A model generated the notes under the pieces. The model did no database searches. It was not told the origin of the DNA and worked only from the letters and a program-made list of their open reading frames with translations. The translations under genes and the position numbers were made by a program. From NCBI RefSeq assembly GCF_009914755.1, contig NC_060931.1: a stretch of 64,000 nt of DNA, one strand, 5' to 3'. Source of the DNA: the human T2T-CHM13v2.0 reference genome, Homo sapiens. Within the stretch, counting starts at the first letter, position 1, and each line of letters begins with the position of its first letter. Shown in pieces: positions 1 through 13,241 of the stretch.

Positions 1-235
1 GCAGGTGCCCCCTCCACCTGGGAAGCTCCAGGAGCTCTACTGCATTCTTTAGGAGAGCCAAGCGTGTAAATTTACCTGCTTCAATCACATCAGCGTTTTA
101 GAAACCAGGATATGTGGAGATGCAGCTCACTTAGCTTCATGGAGCTTTGGTGTCTGCCCCCGTGCCTGCCCGGGCCTTGCATAGAGTAGGGCATCAACAA
201 CGAGGTCTGGAAAGAAGGATGAGTAGAGCTTTGGC

Positions 236-277
236 GGGGCGGGGGTAGGGGGAAGCTGAGGGGGCTGGGAGGAGGGG
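236..277 (+). other. Potential G-quadruplex containing a GC-box
   Basis: GGGGCGGGGGTAGGGGGAAGCTGAGGGGGCTGGGAGGAGGGG has six runs of >=3 G with short loops and includes GGGGCGGGG. Confidence 0.55.
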
Positions 278-549
278 CACCTGTTCTCCGAGAAAAGACC
301 AGGCCTAACTCCAGTTGCTGGACTTCCTTCCAGAGCACAAATCGAAGCGGATAGTGGTGCACAGAAGGAGCTGATGCTGGGTGGGGGCAGACCCCACGCT
401 TCTTCCCGGGATCTGAGGCCGTAGTGGCCCCAGAGCAGCTTGGACTTGCGGCCCCTGAGGGACCCTTTGTGCAGCGTGGCATGAACAGCATGGATGGTAC
501 CAACAGCCCATTGTGTCAAGGAAGAAGCCAACAGATAGCCCTGCAAGGG

Positions 550-606
550 GCAGCTTTTAGGTTGGTGGGGACCCACTGAGCCAGCTGCAGCTTTTAGGTT
601 GGTGGG
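550..606. repeat. Short direct duplication (20 bp, 37-bp period)
   Basis: GCAGCTTTTAGGTTGGTGGG at 550-569 and 587-606. Confidence 0.9.
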
Positions 607-2399
607 TACCTGCCTGTAGCCACCCCTCACTGAGCTCTACACCTCAGCTGCACCTGCTATGGTGTATGAGACCCTGGGCTCAGAGCAGGGAGGGACATGG
701 CCCGTTGGTTTCCAAACCCAGCTGCCTGTGCATCCATCACCAGGAACTGGGAACAGCATTCCAGCTGCTGATTCTGGGCCCTGCCAGTCTGAAGTGGGGC
801 CTGGCCATCAGCATTAGAAATGGGAGTCCCGGGCAATTGTGATGCAGTTGGTTCACGGACTGCGACTTGGGGAGCCACTAAACTCATCCAACAATCTCAT
901 CTCATGCGTGGAAAAACTGAGGCTTGGAGCAGTTGAGTGATTTGTACAAAGCTGTGCACCCAAATGCTGCCTGCCCTGTGTGTGCTCTGTCCACCGCCCC
1001 TTAATCCTTGTGGCCAGTGCCACCTGGGGCAGCTTTGAGTTTCCATATGCATGGCCTGGGCATTGCAGGAGGCCATTGGGTAGATGAAGCTGGTGCTTTA
1101 GAGGCCTCACCCATTTCATGATTTGTCCCAGGTCCCCGGTGGGTGAGGGTCAGACTCAGAGTCTGACTCCAGACGGTCGGGCTCACCACCTGTTGAATTC
1201 ACTGGCTAGCTACGGGACGTCGGGTACCCTCAGCTGCACCCAGTGGTCCTCCTGAGAAACCCAGAAAGCCTGTGATCATTGCAGTGCCCAGGGAGGCCTC
1301 CTCTGGTTGTTTTGCTGGCTGGGGCTGTTTGTCTCACGGTGGGTCCGCCCGTGGTCGCTGCGGCTGCCACTGGGGGTCCTGCAGGCCCCATGGGCTCCAT
1401 TTGGAAGCACTTGTTGTTTTCTAGGCCCGACACCTGGTATCTGTGTGCACTGCGGTGGCCAGAAGCCGTGGAAGGAGAAGATATGGTGAGATGGCGGATC
1501 TATGCAGTTTTGTTCTTTCTTGGGTCTGAAATTTGGGCAAAAGGACTCTTAGAGGCGTTGGAGCTAAGAACAGCCAGGCTTGCAAGGCCGCTGGGTGGGC
1601 CTCCCTCTGTGATTCACCAGCGTCTCCCTGGCCCTGTGTGAAGCAGCCAAACCGGTTTTCTTCCCTGGCCGCACCACGCTGACTCCCTCTGGGCCTTGCT
1701 CCTGGTGACGGGGGCCCTCCCTGGCCAGCTCAGCCCTCCTGCAGGGGCTCCCAGGGCCCTTTCCTCCGGGAGCGTTCCTCGGTTCAGCGGGGCCTCATTC
1801 ATGCAGTCACTCAGCTGTGTGTCCAAAAATGCCTGTGGGGCGCTCCCTACATACCAGCGTTGAGGCTCTGGGCACAGGACAGGAATCAAATCCCCGACCT
1901 CACGAGGCTGCTACTGCTGCTTCCCGATCCCAGCTCTGAAAGACGGGCTCTGCAGCCCGACAGGGCATTGTGCAGCGCCTGTCCGTCACCATCCTTCACA
2001 TAGGCTGGTCTTCACTGCCCAGCCGGAGCACCAGCCAGGGAAGACGGGGACCCCGCCTCTGGCATTTGTGATGGCCTGGCAGGTGCTTATGGGGAATGGG
2101 TGGAGAGAGTTGGCTAAGCCTGATATGAAACCTCTCTCTCTTTAAAAAATCGATATGACTTCATACCTTACCACACGCACGTATTAGTAAGTATTGGGAA
2201 AGAGTGAAAACAGAAGTCTTTATTTTTTAATGGGACATGATTAAACTTTAATGGCCAGTGACCTCATGAAATGAATGCCATGCAATGCCATTTACTCATC
2301 TAGGCTTGTGCATACCTTCTGGGTATTAGAAAATTACATAATTAAGTATAGATTACCACAGACGTGTCATTATGCATTTTATTATTCTTTAGAGACTTA

Positions 2400-2550
2400 A
2401 TAGTAATACTCTGTATTTATATGTGCTTTTCATCATGTTATCTCCAATCGCTTTACAAATATTATCTCATTAATCCTTTGCAACTGTTCTGTGAATGTCT
2501 CTATTTAATAGATTAAAAGCCGCAACCTGAAGCGATTAAGTGACAAGTTG
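2400..2550 (-). mobile_element. MIR fragment
   Basis: Degenerate MIR core (gctttacaaatattatctcattaatcct...gattaagtgac). Confidence 0.5.
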
Positions 2551-2625
2551 AACATCCCATTCTTCACTATGCTACAAAGGCAAGAAGGCAGGCTCACTGC
2601 CCTTTCCACCTAGAGAGGACATCTT

Positions 2626-2933
2626 CTTTTTTCCTTTTTTTTTTTTTTGAGATGGAGTCTCACTCTTGTCACCCAGGCTGGAGTGCGGTGGCTCGATCTC
2701 AGCTCACTACAACCTCTGCCTAGTGGGGGTTCAAGTGATTCTCCTGCCTCAGCCTCCTGAGTAGCTGGGATTACAGGCAGGCACCACCACACCCAGTTAA
2801 TCTTTGTACTTTTAGTAGAGATGGGGTTTCACCATGTTGGCCAGGCTGGTCTCAAACTCCTGACGTCAGGCTATCCACCCACCTTGGGCTCCCAAAGTGT
2901 TGGGATTACAGGCGTGAGCCACCATGCCTGGCT
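2626..2933 (-). mobile_element. AluS (Sq/Sx-like), full length
   Basis: Poly-T followed by both Alu arms; TSD GACATCTTCT at 2618-2627 and 2934-2943. Confidence 0.95.
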
Positions 2934-3752
2934 GACATCTTCTAATTATTTGAGAACTGAAGCTAAAATCTTGTTTCCCAAGCTCACGTGAACATCAGTA
3001 GAAATAAAACTGTACATCGTAGAGTAATCAGGGTTGCAGATTTTCTGTGCCACCCCCATGCTGAGAGGCTTTTCTTTGCATTTGAGTTCTAAGAGAAAAC
3101 TGTAGTTCCAAAGAGAAGCAATTCTTTAAATGTCCTAATCCAGTGGTGGGAGATTGGCAGTGTGGGCTTGGATCACTCACAAGCACATTTGCTGTGTGTC
3201 TGTGCTGTGCTCGTGTTTGTGGATGGCGGCTGCGATGCCCGGGCAGGCTGGTACTCACGGACATCGAGACCAAACCCTGAGCTCCTCCTGGAGATGAGTG
3301 TCATTGGGAAGGTTTAGGCCTCATTTCTCGAGGGTTTGTGTGCTTCAAGCTCACCATCTTCATTCCTCGTAACAAACCCCGCGGGGCAGCTGCAATGCTC
3401 CCCATTCTACAGATCAGACAGCACAGGCTGGAAACACGAGGTGATTTGCCGAAAAAGTCACACCACGGGCAGGCAGTGGAACAATGAGGGCCATGCTCGT
3501 CTGGTGGATCCCAAGTCCCAGGCAGCCTCTAAGAAGAGAAGGGCCCTGAGGTTTAAATTAATTAGAAAACATGCAAACATTGACTCATTTAGAAAAGGGC
3601 TTTTTCTTCTGAAAAAGTGAAACATTTTCTATCAAGTTAATAAGATAGGATATTAGGCAGAATAAAGGTTTTCATTTTCATGAAACATTCCAGCTTGGTT
3701 AAAAAAATTACTAGGATCTTTGTTCTTGGGAATATTCTTGAATTTCTTCCAC

Positions 3753-3756
3753 TTTG

Positions 3757-3787
<31 letters not shown>

Positions 3788-3903
3788 GTTGCCCAGGCTG
3801 GAGTGTAGCTGTGTGATCATGGCTCACTACAGCCTTGACCTCCTGGGCTCAAGCAATCCTCCTGCCTCAACCTCCTGAGTGGCTGGGACCACAGGCACAC
3901 GCT
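3753..3903 (-). mobile_element. AluJ/FRAM right-arm fragment with (TTTTG)n tail
   Basis: gcccaggctggagtg...ctcctgggctcaagcaatcctcctgcctc, carrying J-type diagnostics. Confidence 0.85.
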
Positions 3904-3919
3904 GTCAACTTTCCACATC

Positions 3920-4621
<702 letters not shown>

Positions 4622-5631
4622 ACATCCTAAAATGGCTCTTGGTGAACACTCATGTCCCAGAAGTTCAGAAGGGCCGTTGGCATCTAACCAAGCATTTCCC
4701 AAGTTATTTTCCTGAACAACCTCATCCTCTATAAACCCAATAGCCCAGGACAAATGGCAATCGGAAGTCAAAACCCTGGGCTGCGAACTGAAACCCTGGT
4801 GCATGGTAAGCATGCATTAATGATTCAAAATAAATAAATGAGATACTGGGGATTCTTAGTAGTCCAAAAGGCATGTTTTCTACCTAAATATTTCTTGTTG
4901 ATTCTCTTCAGCTTTCCTGTCATGAAAATGGGTGAGAGCCTTGGGTTACTGAGTTAATCTCACTGGGGTTTGTAAATTATATCCGACCCTGGGAATGAGT
5001 ACTATGGAACTGGAGTATATTTATGTGTAATTATCATTCATTTGCCCTTTCAGCTTGATGGTGCAGGAAACAGTAAATGCATCAGATATTTATTTAATGG
5101 GTAATTCATGGTGGGGGCTCTTAAAGAAACAAATTACCTAACTAATTGGTGGAAGTTTGACTTCTTGGCTTTTTAAATGACTATAGTTACTTTTGATAAC
5201 ATTAAGAAGGCAGCACCTATAATTTAACCTTCCACTGAAAACCATGTTGGATTGGAAGGAGGCACGTGGTCAGGGCAGAGCGGCTCCCTGCGCTGAGATG
5301 ACCGGATGAGGCGGCAGGTGGTCTGTTCTCTTTGGTCTGGGGACAGGAACATTCAGCGGCCAGCTGGGAGTGCTGCTCCTGTGAGTTTCAGGTCAAAGAA
5401 GGACCCACAGGAGGTGGCAAGGACCCGGGCAGGAGGAGAACTGGGAGAGGGCGTCACACTCGCTGAGTGGAAGAGCCAGGCCCGTGGGGAGCATGTGAGC
5501 CTGGGCATCTCCACCTACTAGGCTTTGACTTCCTCGTCGGATCAGTAAGCAGTTAGATTCTGTTAGTGATTCCCAGGCTTGGATACCGTCTACTGGGACA
5601 TTCAAAACAAATGAACAAATGAATTTGCTGA

Positions 5632-6028
<397 letters not shown>

Positions 6029-7179
6029 GCTTAATTGCTTTATAAACAATAGAACATTTTAGTATCAAAAAGGAAACCTTCAGAATGAAGACAGTCCTTT
6101 AAATTTAATAATTTGTGTTTATGGAAACATTCACCTCTACTGTACTTATTGTGCTCATTTCCTCCATGAAATCTTGACCTAGTCCAAGGACGACCGTTTG
6201 GGAACCCCTGGCCCAGGCGATCCTGTGGGGCCCTCAGTCACCCACTGGCAGGTCCTCTGTGTCTGGGGGTCAGTCGTGGGCAGCCCTGGCTGAATAGCTT
6301 CTGACCTGAGGACCCTCTCACTCAAGCATGGGGACAGGATTCCTCCCAGAACAGCCTCCTCCACATGCAAGCATGTGGCTTCTGGGGACACAGGTAAGAA
6401 AGGTGGCATCTTACGTGGGGCATCTGTGCTCGACAGTAACACCCAGCATCATGAAGGTGGGCACAGCTGCTCCCTGAAGGACATGTGATGTGTGGGAAGA
6501 TCTGCGGGTCCACGGAGTGGCTGTGGGTGAGTGTGGCTTTGGAGGCACACACTAAATGCTTGCTGATCAAACCCACTGATAAACGAAGGAGGCCCTGATG
6601 AAGATCACAGACCACACGGATGTGATGGATGAGGACATTCAGGCCACCAGGTGCACATTCGTTGTTTTTGCATCTCAGCATTACACTCCCATTTTCGTGC
6701 ATTTCCTTTAGTGCTGCCATCGGTGGGTTCATCAAGGTGTCATGCCTTCCCTGGCCGCCGAGCTGGTGTGTGATCTGAGCTGAGCTGACTATGCTTTCTC
6801 TCCATGGGAAGAGTTACTCAAGGATGAAGGCTGTGGAGCTGTTTCTCCTGGTGGTACTTGTCCTGAGCCGTCCATTTGTTCCTCCTGCAAGGACCCTGGA
6901 AGCCGCCTGGATTCTTGTCCTCCCTGAGGCACAGGTGTTAGCTTGTGTTCCTCTGAACTCTCCCCTCCTTTAATGTTTACATCAAGAAGAGCTAATTTCG
7001 GTTGCTTGCAACCAAAGAACTTTAATTCATGGAGCAATGACATTTGTTAGTGCCATACTGGTTGCTAGGTTATGCTTTCCAGACCCCATTCTCATGAAAT
7101 TGGCTCTGGCTGATGAGTCATAAGTGGATATCACTGGTGTCATTTGGGGATCAAATCACTAACTTGTGAATTTAGGAAA

Positions 7180-7393
7180 ATCAAGAGTTCTCTCTCCCTC
7201 TGGTCCAGACCCCTTGACATTCGAGATGGTGACTGTCTGGGCAGCCTGAAGACTGGCTGACTCCTACTCCTGCACCATGTGGCCACACAGACCTGTGACG
7301 GACATAGTGCGAGGAGGAAATGAAATGTCTTAAGTCAGTGAGATGTGGGGGCTGTTTGTTATGCAGCACAATCTGGACCATCCTGACTGACAC
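7180..7393 (+). mobile_element. MLT1-type MaLR LTR 3' part
   Basis: cttaagtcagtgagatgtgggggctgtttgttatgcagca...tcctgactgacaca resembles the MLT1 3' end. Confidence 0.6.
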
Positions 7394-7419
7394 AACGGTC
7401 AACCTGCAACGTCAAGCCT

Positions 7420-7768
7420 TTTTCTTTTTTTTAAATGTTTATTTATTTATTTTTATCATTTTATTTTATAATGTATTTGTTTTAAAATTGAAAAGTGGAA
7501 AAGCATATATATTTATGGTGTGCGATGTGACATTTTGATATATGTGTTTATTGTGGAATGATTACATTAAACTAATTAGCATATCTATTGCCTCATGTCC
7601 TTATTTTTTGTGGTGAGAAGATTTAAAATTTACTATCTCAGCAATTTTCAAGTATATGATACATTATTATTAGCTACAGTCATTATTCTGTGCAATCGAT
7701 CCCCAGAACTTATTTCTCCTGTATAACTAAAACCTTGTACCCTCTGGCCAACATCTCCCCATTCCCTG
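7420..7768 (-). mobile_element. L1MA-type 3' UTR fragment
   Basis: tatatatttatggtg...ttttttgtggtgaga...cagcaattttcaagtata...cagaacttatt...aacatctcccc. Confidence 0.8.
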
Positions 7769-7989
7769 TCCAATGTTTCTCTTAATTCTCACAGCAGACT
7801 TGTTAGTGAGCGCCACAAACATAATCTCAGACTTCCATGTCCTCTGTAGAATGGAGACGCAAGTACGCCTGACTCACAGGGTCATGCGGCTTCTGTGGGG
7901 TTAGCGTGCATGAAGTGTTGAGATCCCTGGGAGCTCCATGTCACGGGAGCTGTCACTCTTCCTGGCTACCTCTAAATGACACCTTGAAG

Positions 7990-8840
7990 CTGGTCACACC
8001 TCTCCCTCCCTCAACCACTACTACTCTAGTCCACATTCTCTGTTTTCCCTTCCTGGGTTATCCTAATGCTTCCTGATTGGTCTTTTGTTTTTATTGTTGT
8101 CCCTCTTCCCACGTGATGTATTTTTCTCACCAGCAGAGAGAGTGACCCGATAAAAATACGAATGGAGTCATGCCACCCACTTGGCCAAGACTTCCTCTGG
8201 CATTTCCTTGCACGTAGGCTACAAGGCGAGTTCATGACCTGGCTCTGCTAAGCTCCAGGAGATCCAGTTTCTGCGTCTTGCGCCGCTCTTGCCTTGCCCT
8301 GCCCCTGCTCTGTTGATGTTCCTTCTGTTCCACAAGCAAGCCACGCCCAGTCCCACCCGGGGGCCTTTGCACATGCGCCTACCTTTGTCCACAGCCCTCT
8401 TCCTCCAGCTCTCGCCTGGACAGACTCCATCCATCACCCAAGTCTTAGCTCAGGTGTCATTGCCTCAGCTCAAATGTCCCCTCTCAGTCCAGCTGTCACC
8501 TAGCCATCTCATGCAAAGTCGCTTTTGCTTGCCTTGGACCTGGAGAGGAGCCTGGCTTCAGGCAATTCTTACTACAGAAGGACTCAACGAAGGCACGGAG
8601 GCACGGCGTCCAAGGCTGCCTCCTGTGTGCTCAGGGATGCCGGGAGTCTGCACATCCACAATTCTGGCACTGCGACATTTCCTGACTTGCCTAATTGTCT
8701 CTCCAGTGGAGTGACACCCTCAGTGAGAACAGGAGCATTTGCTCCTATTCCCTGCTTCTCGGATCTCCAAGACACAGTGTGGGGTTTGGCATGAAGGATG
8801 TGCTCAGTGGCCACTTGTTGAACCAGTGAGCGACTAAATA
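7990..8840 (+). mobile_element. L2 fragments
   Basis: ggcctttgcacatgc core and L2 3' end (gtgtggggtttggcatgaaggatgtgctcagt...ttgttgaa). Confidence 0.6.
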
Positions 8841-9319
8841 CATCACTGGGCAAGATGAGCTTTGGTCTCTAGCTTCAAGAAGCTTCATGTGAACTCGTGC
8901 AAAACTTATGAATATCCATCCCTGAAAGCTGACAAGAAGCTTGGTGCTAGTACTCTTTTCCACGGCTAAAGAGCAAGACATTGCACATGAAAGCACTGAG
9001 CTTAGTGCCTGGCATATATGCGTTCACCCTTTTTTTTCCTGCAAAATAATTTGAGAACTTACATATTATCATGATTTTTTCCTTTTGTGAAGTGCCATGC
9101 TGGGAACTATGAGAAACACAGCCTGGAAAAGCAGGAGTGGGTTTAGCTGCAGAAGGCTGTTGATGTCAACAACACTGGATGAGGAGGGAGGGAGGGGAAG
9201 GCGAGCTCCACATAGCATGGAGCAGCCTCGGGGCTCCAACCTGGGAAGGCAGAGCCGAGCAGAGGACTTTATTTATCAATCCACTTTCCCCTTATTACAC
9301 TAAGCATAGATGCTTTTTC

Positions 9320-9750
9320 AACCTTCCTGATGTAAAAACATCAGAAAATCCAGAGTGACAAAAGAAGAAAACAAAAACACTCATAATTGTACCTGCCTAA
9401 GAAATCACCACTAACATTTGGTTTAATCTTTCCAGACTCTTCTAATCTGCCAATAACTTGAACCACACAATACATTCTGTTTTATTTCCCCTTTTTTTAA
9501 AAAATCAGGAGTATCTTTCTTTACCACTAAGTAGGACTGCCGTGGGTGTCAATGACTGTCTCTCATTCCTTTGTAGAAAGCCCAGCAGTGAATTGAACCT
9601 GTCTCCTACTATTGGATAATTAAATTGTTTATGCTTCTTCATTGTTATAAAAATATTACCAGGACTAATATTTTGGCAGACTCTTTGTACATACTCATGA
9701 TCATTTCCCTTGGTTCTGTCTCTGAAAGCGGATGCACCTCCCAGCCGCGG
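9320..9750 (-). mobile_element. Old L1 (L1ME-like) 3' fragment
   Basis: aatcaccactaacatttggt...attggataattaaattgttt...tttcccttgg pattern. Confidence 0.5.
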
Positions 9751-9958
9751 TGCCGGCAGGCTTGTGTGTTTCATGCAATCACATTCAGGAAGGAGGATCG
9801 CACATCTGCCTCACACAGCTGAAGTTTCTGAGGACCAGGACAAGTCGCAGTCACCATTTCCATTAAAGGTCCTTGCTGCTGGCTGTTGGTTTCCATCAGG
9901 CTCCGTTTCCTGTGGCACATTTCTACTGTTGACAGCACACGCCAATTCCCATCATAGA

Positions 9959-10145
9959 TAAGATTGCCTTATTTAGCATAAATGGAAAATACAAGATGCC
10001 CAGTTAAATTCAAATTTCAGATATACAACAAATTTTTTTTTGGTATGAGCACCTCCTAAATATTGCATGGGACATACTTATACTAAAAAACATTTGTTGT
10101 TTCTCTGAAATTACCTGGCATCTTGAATTTTATCTGGTTACTCTA
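9959..10145. mobile_element. MER53 palindromic MITE
   Basis: aaaatacaagatgcccagttaaattcaaatttcagata...tattgcatgggacatacttatactaaaaaa...ctgaaatt...tttatctgg; arms are inverted complements. Confidence 0.85.
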
Positions 10146-10638
10146 GTCACAGGAAAGATTTATTTGAAAGAAAAATGCAGAGTGCTTTTGAGTAACTGAC
10201 TAGAACTGTCCATCAAGCATGTCAGCCCTGTTGGAATGAGAGCCAGCCTTGGATGGACAGCTGCCATGTGTCCCTCACTCTTCTCAACATGCCGTGCACA
10301 TGAGAGCTCCTTCCAGCCTCACAGGGGCTCTGTGAAGTGGGAACCACTCTGCCCCTCTCTTTACAGCTGAGGATCCTGTGGTCCTGCTCACCAGCCATGA
10401 AGACCTGCCTCCCAGGCCAGCTGGCTCCAGCAAATATTGGCACTTTCACTGACCACCTCTTTCCCCTCATCCTCCCCATCCATGTCTCACGTGCACCCCT
10501 GAGCCCAGCGTGCTTCCAGCTCACCCCGTGCTGTTTCTTTGCTGTACCCCTGTTAAAACTTAACTGTGGTCATCTCTGGAATTCTTCCATCTCTACGATT
10601 AATCCATTCCTAGAACAGAAAAGATTAGATGGTCTGGA

Positions 10639-10676
10639 GCTCCGGTGGCACAATCGGCTAGCATGCGGTACTTATA
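10639..10676 (+). pseudogene. Tailless retropseudogene of tRNA-Ile(TAT) 5' half
   Basis: GCTCCGGTGGCACAATCGGCTAGCATGCGGTACTTATA is 33/38 identical to the recalled tRNA-Ile-TAT 5' exon GCTCCAGTGGCGCAATCGGTTAGCGCGCGGTACTTATA; flanked by 20-bp direct repeat ACAGAAAAGATTAGATGGTC (10615-10634, 10676-10695). Confidence 0.88.
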
Positions 10677-10754
10677 CAGAAAAGATTAGATGGTCAGAAA
10701 GGCAGAGTTTGTTAACATGATTAAAATTATTTATTTAATATTATTAAAGTCCAT

Positions 10755-10985
10755 AATAACAATAGCTGACACTTGTGGAGTTCCTCCTACATGCAAACCA
10801 CCATGAAACACTTTTTATTTACATGTATTATTTTGCTTAATCATTATAAAAAACCCTGTGATGAGGATACTATTAATAACCCCATTTTGCAGATGAATAA
10901 ATCAGGGCAATGGAAGATGAAGTCGTCAAACAGACCACAGTCACACTGCCGCTGAGCACAGGTCAGCCTACACCGAGACTCTGCC
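10755..10985 (-). mobile_element. MIR
   Basis: aaccctgtgatgaggatactatt...ccccattttgcagatgaataaa MIR core. Confidence 0.75.
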
Positions 10986-11633
10986 TCCCCTTCTCTCGCA
11001 CATTGGCTGGAAGTTAGCTGGTTTTCCTTCCCCATTTTCTGACCCAAGCGATTTGCGGATCCCGGGGAGAATCTGGCCGCACACATGGCGGCCTGAAACG
11101 TTCCTCCGAAGTCTGACCCGTCTGTCAGCCTTGGAGGGCAGCCAGCAGTCCCCTGCCAGCTCTCGTTTTTGTCTTTGGGGTCTGAGGGGCTGGATCAGAA
11201 CGTGATGGCTGTGACTGCGGCCCCAGAACATATGAAGGGAGCAATGGAGCTGGAAAATCACCTGATGCTCTGTGCTCTGGCAGCCAAAGAGCATCAGAGG
11301 ATCAAGGTGGGAAAGCAAGACCGAGGGTTTCGCCCCCGGGTGCTTCTGTGCTGAAGCACTGTCCCCTGTCCTGCCACAATGAAGACATCGCCTTAGAAGG
11401 AAACGCGGCGTGGTCCATCTGCCTCAGAGGCTTAGCAAATGTGAGTGTCAGGCTGCGTCCTTCACTAGCACAGCAAGCTGTTATCAGCCTGAGAAGCATT
11501 CAGTTTTGGGGTTGTGTCCCTGCACCCCCTTTCCATGCCTCCTGCCTGAGGGGACCCCTCCACCTTCGAGGCTTGCTCCCCACTCTAAACCCTATTCCCA
11601 GGAAGCCTGAGGATTCAGTCAATGAGTCAATGA

Positions 11634-11943
<310 letters not shown>

Positions 11944-11966
11944 AGTCATTGAATCTTTAGGAAGGA

Positions 11967-12665
11967 TGTGTGTGTGTGTGGGTATGCATGTGTGTATGTG
12001 TGTGTGCATGTGTGTGTATGTGTGCATGTGTGTATGTTTGTGCATGGGTGCATACGTGTATGTATGTGTGTGAATGTGTGCATGTGTGTATATACGTGCA
12101 TGTGTGTGTATGTGTGTGCCTGTGTGCATATGTGTATGTGTGCACGTGTGCGTGTGTGTGCATGTGTGAGTGTGTGCATGTGTGTATGTGTGCATGTGTA
12201 TGTGTGCATGTATGTGCATGCATGTGTGCACATGTGTATCTGTGTATGTGCGTCCATGTGTGTATGCGTTTGTGTGCATGTGCGTATGTGTGCATGTTTA
12301 TATGTGTGCATGTGTGTAGTTGTATATGTGTGCGTGTGTGAACATGTGTGTATGTGTGCATGTGTGTGTGCATGTGTCCATGTGTGTGAGTGTGTGCATT
12401 GTGTGTTTGTGTGTGCATGTGCATGTGTGCATGTATGTGTATATGTGTGCATGTGTGTGCATGTGCATGTGTGCATGTATGTGTATGTGTGTGTGTGCAT
12501 GTGTGCATGTGTATATGTGTGAATGTGCATGTGTGTGTATGTGTATATGTGTGCATGTGTGTATGTGTATATGTGTGCATGTGTGCATGTGTGTATGTGT
12601 ATATGTGTGCATGTGTGCATGTGTGCATGTGTGTGCATGTGCAAAATGCACATGTGTGTGCACAT
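11967..12665. repeat. ~700-bp compound (TG)n/(CATG)/(TATG) alternating purine-pyrimidine tract
   Basis: Directly visible; source of the HT- and CV-rich ORFs. Confidence 0.97.
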
Positions 12666-13241
12666 GGGTCTCTGGAGTTTGCACTTTAGCCCCACCTCTT
12701 CTGGGTGTTGTAGAAGAAGGCTTTGTCCTCCCTTAGGCATCTTGGGTGTCAGGGGCTACGGCCTATCCTGGAAAATGCCAGGAAAACGCCAACTTTCCCA
12801 ACAACATGGCAAAATGACTTGTCAGGGGAGGGGAGAAAAAGGAAGGCAATATCTTCATTCGGGGGCTTTTCTTCATGTGGATTTCAAGATCATTCGGGCT
12901 CAAAGATTTTGGGCTTTTCCCTTTTGGAAGAGTTTATTGAAAATGAGGCTGCCACATCCAGTGTATTTGGCTTCAGGAGCTGAGCTCAAATGAGTGGCGC
13001 ATGTCAGAATCTGTTCAAGGCCTATGAATTACCACCCTTAATATTTTCAGCCAATTACAAAAGGCAACAAGCCGATACCAGATAGCTTCCTTTTACCAAA
13101 ATGCCCGATGACTCTTCCTGTGATGCCTTGGATGGGAATCCAGAAGGGTTGAGCTAAACTCTTGGTACTGCCACTTCCTCTTTATTTGACCCAGGCAAAT
13201 GATGGTGATGATCATTGCTGTGACTACCGGTGTAGTGCTAA

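Noticed and set aside
10639-10676. Functional tRNA gene
   Set aside because: Only the 5' half is present, with no T-arm/B-box or 3' acceptor strand.
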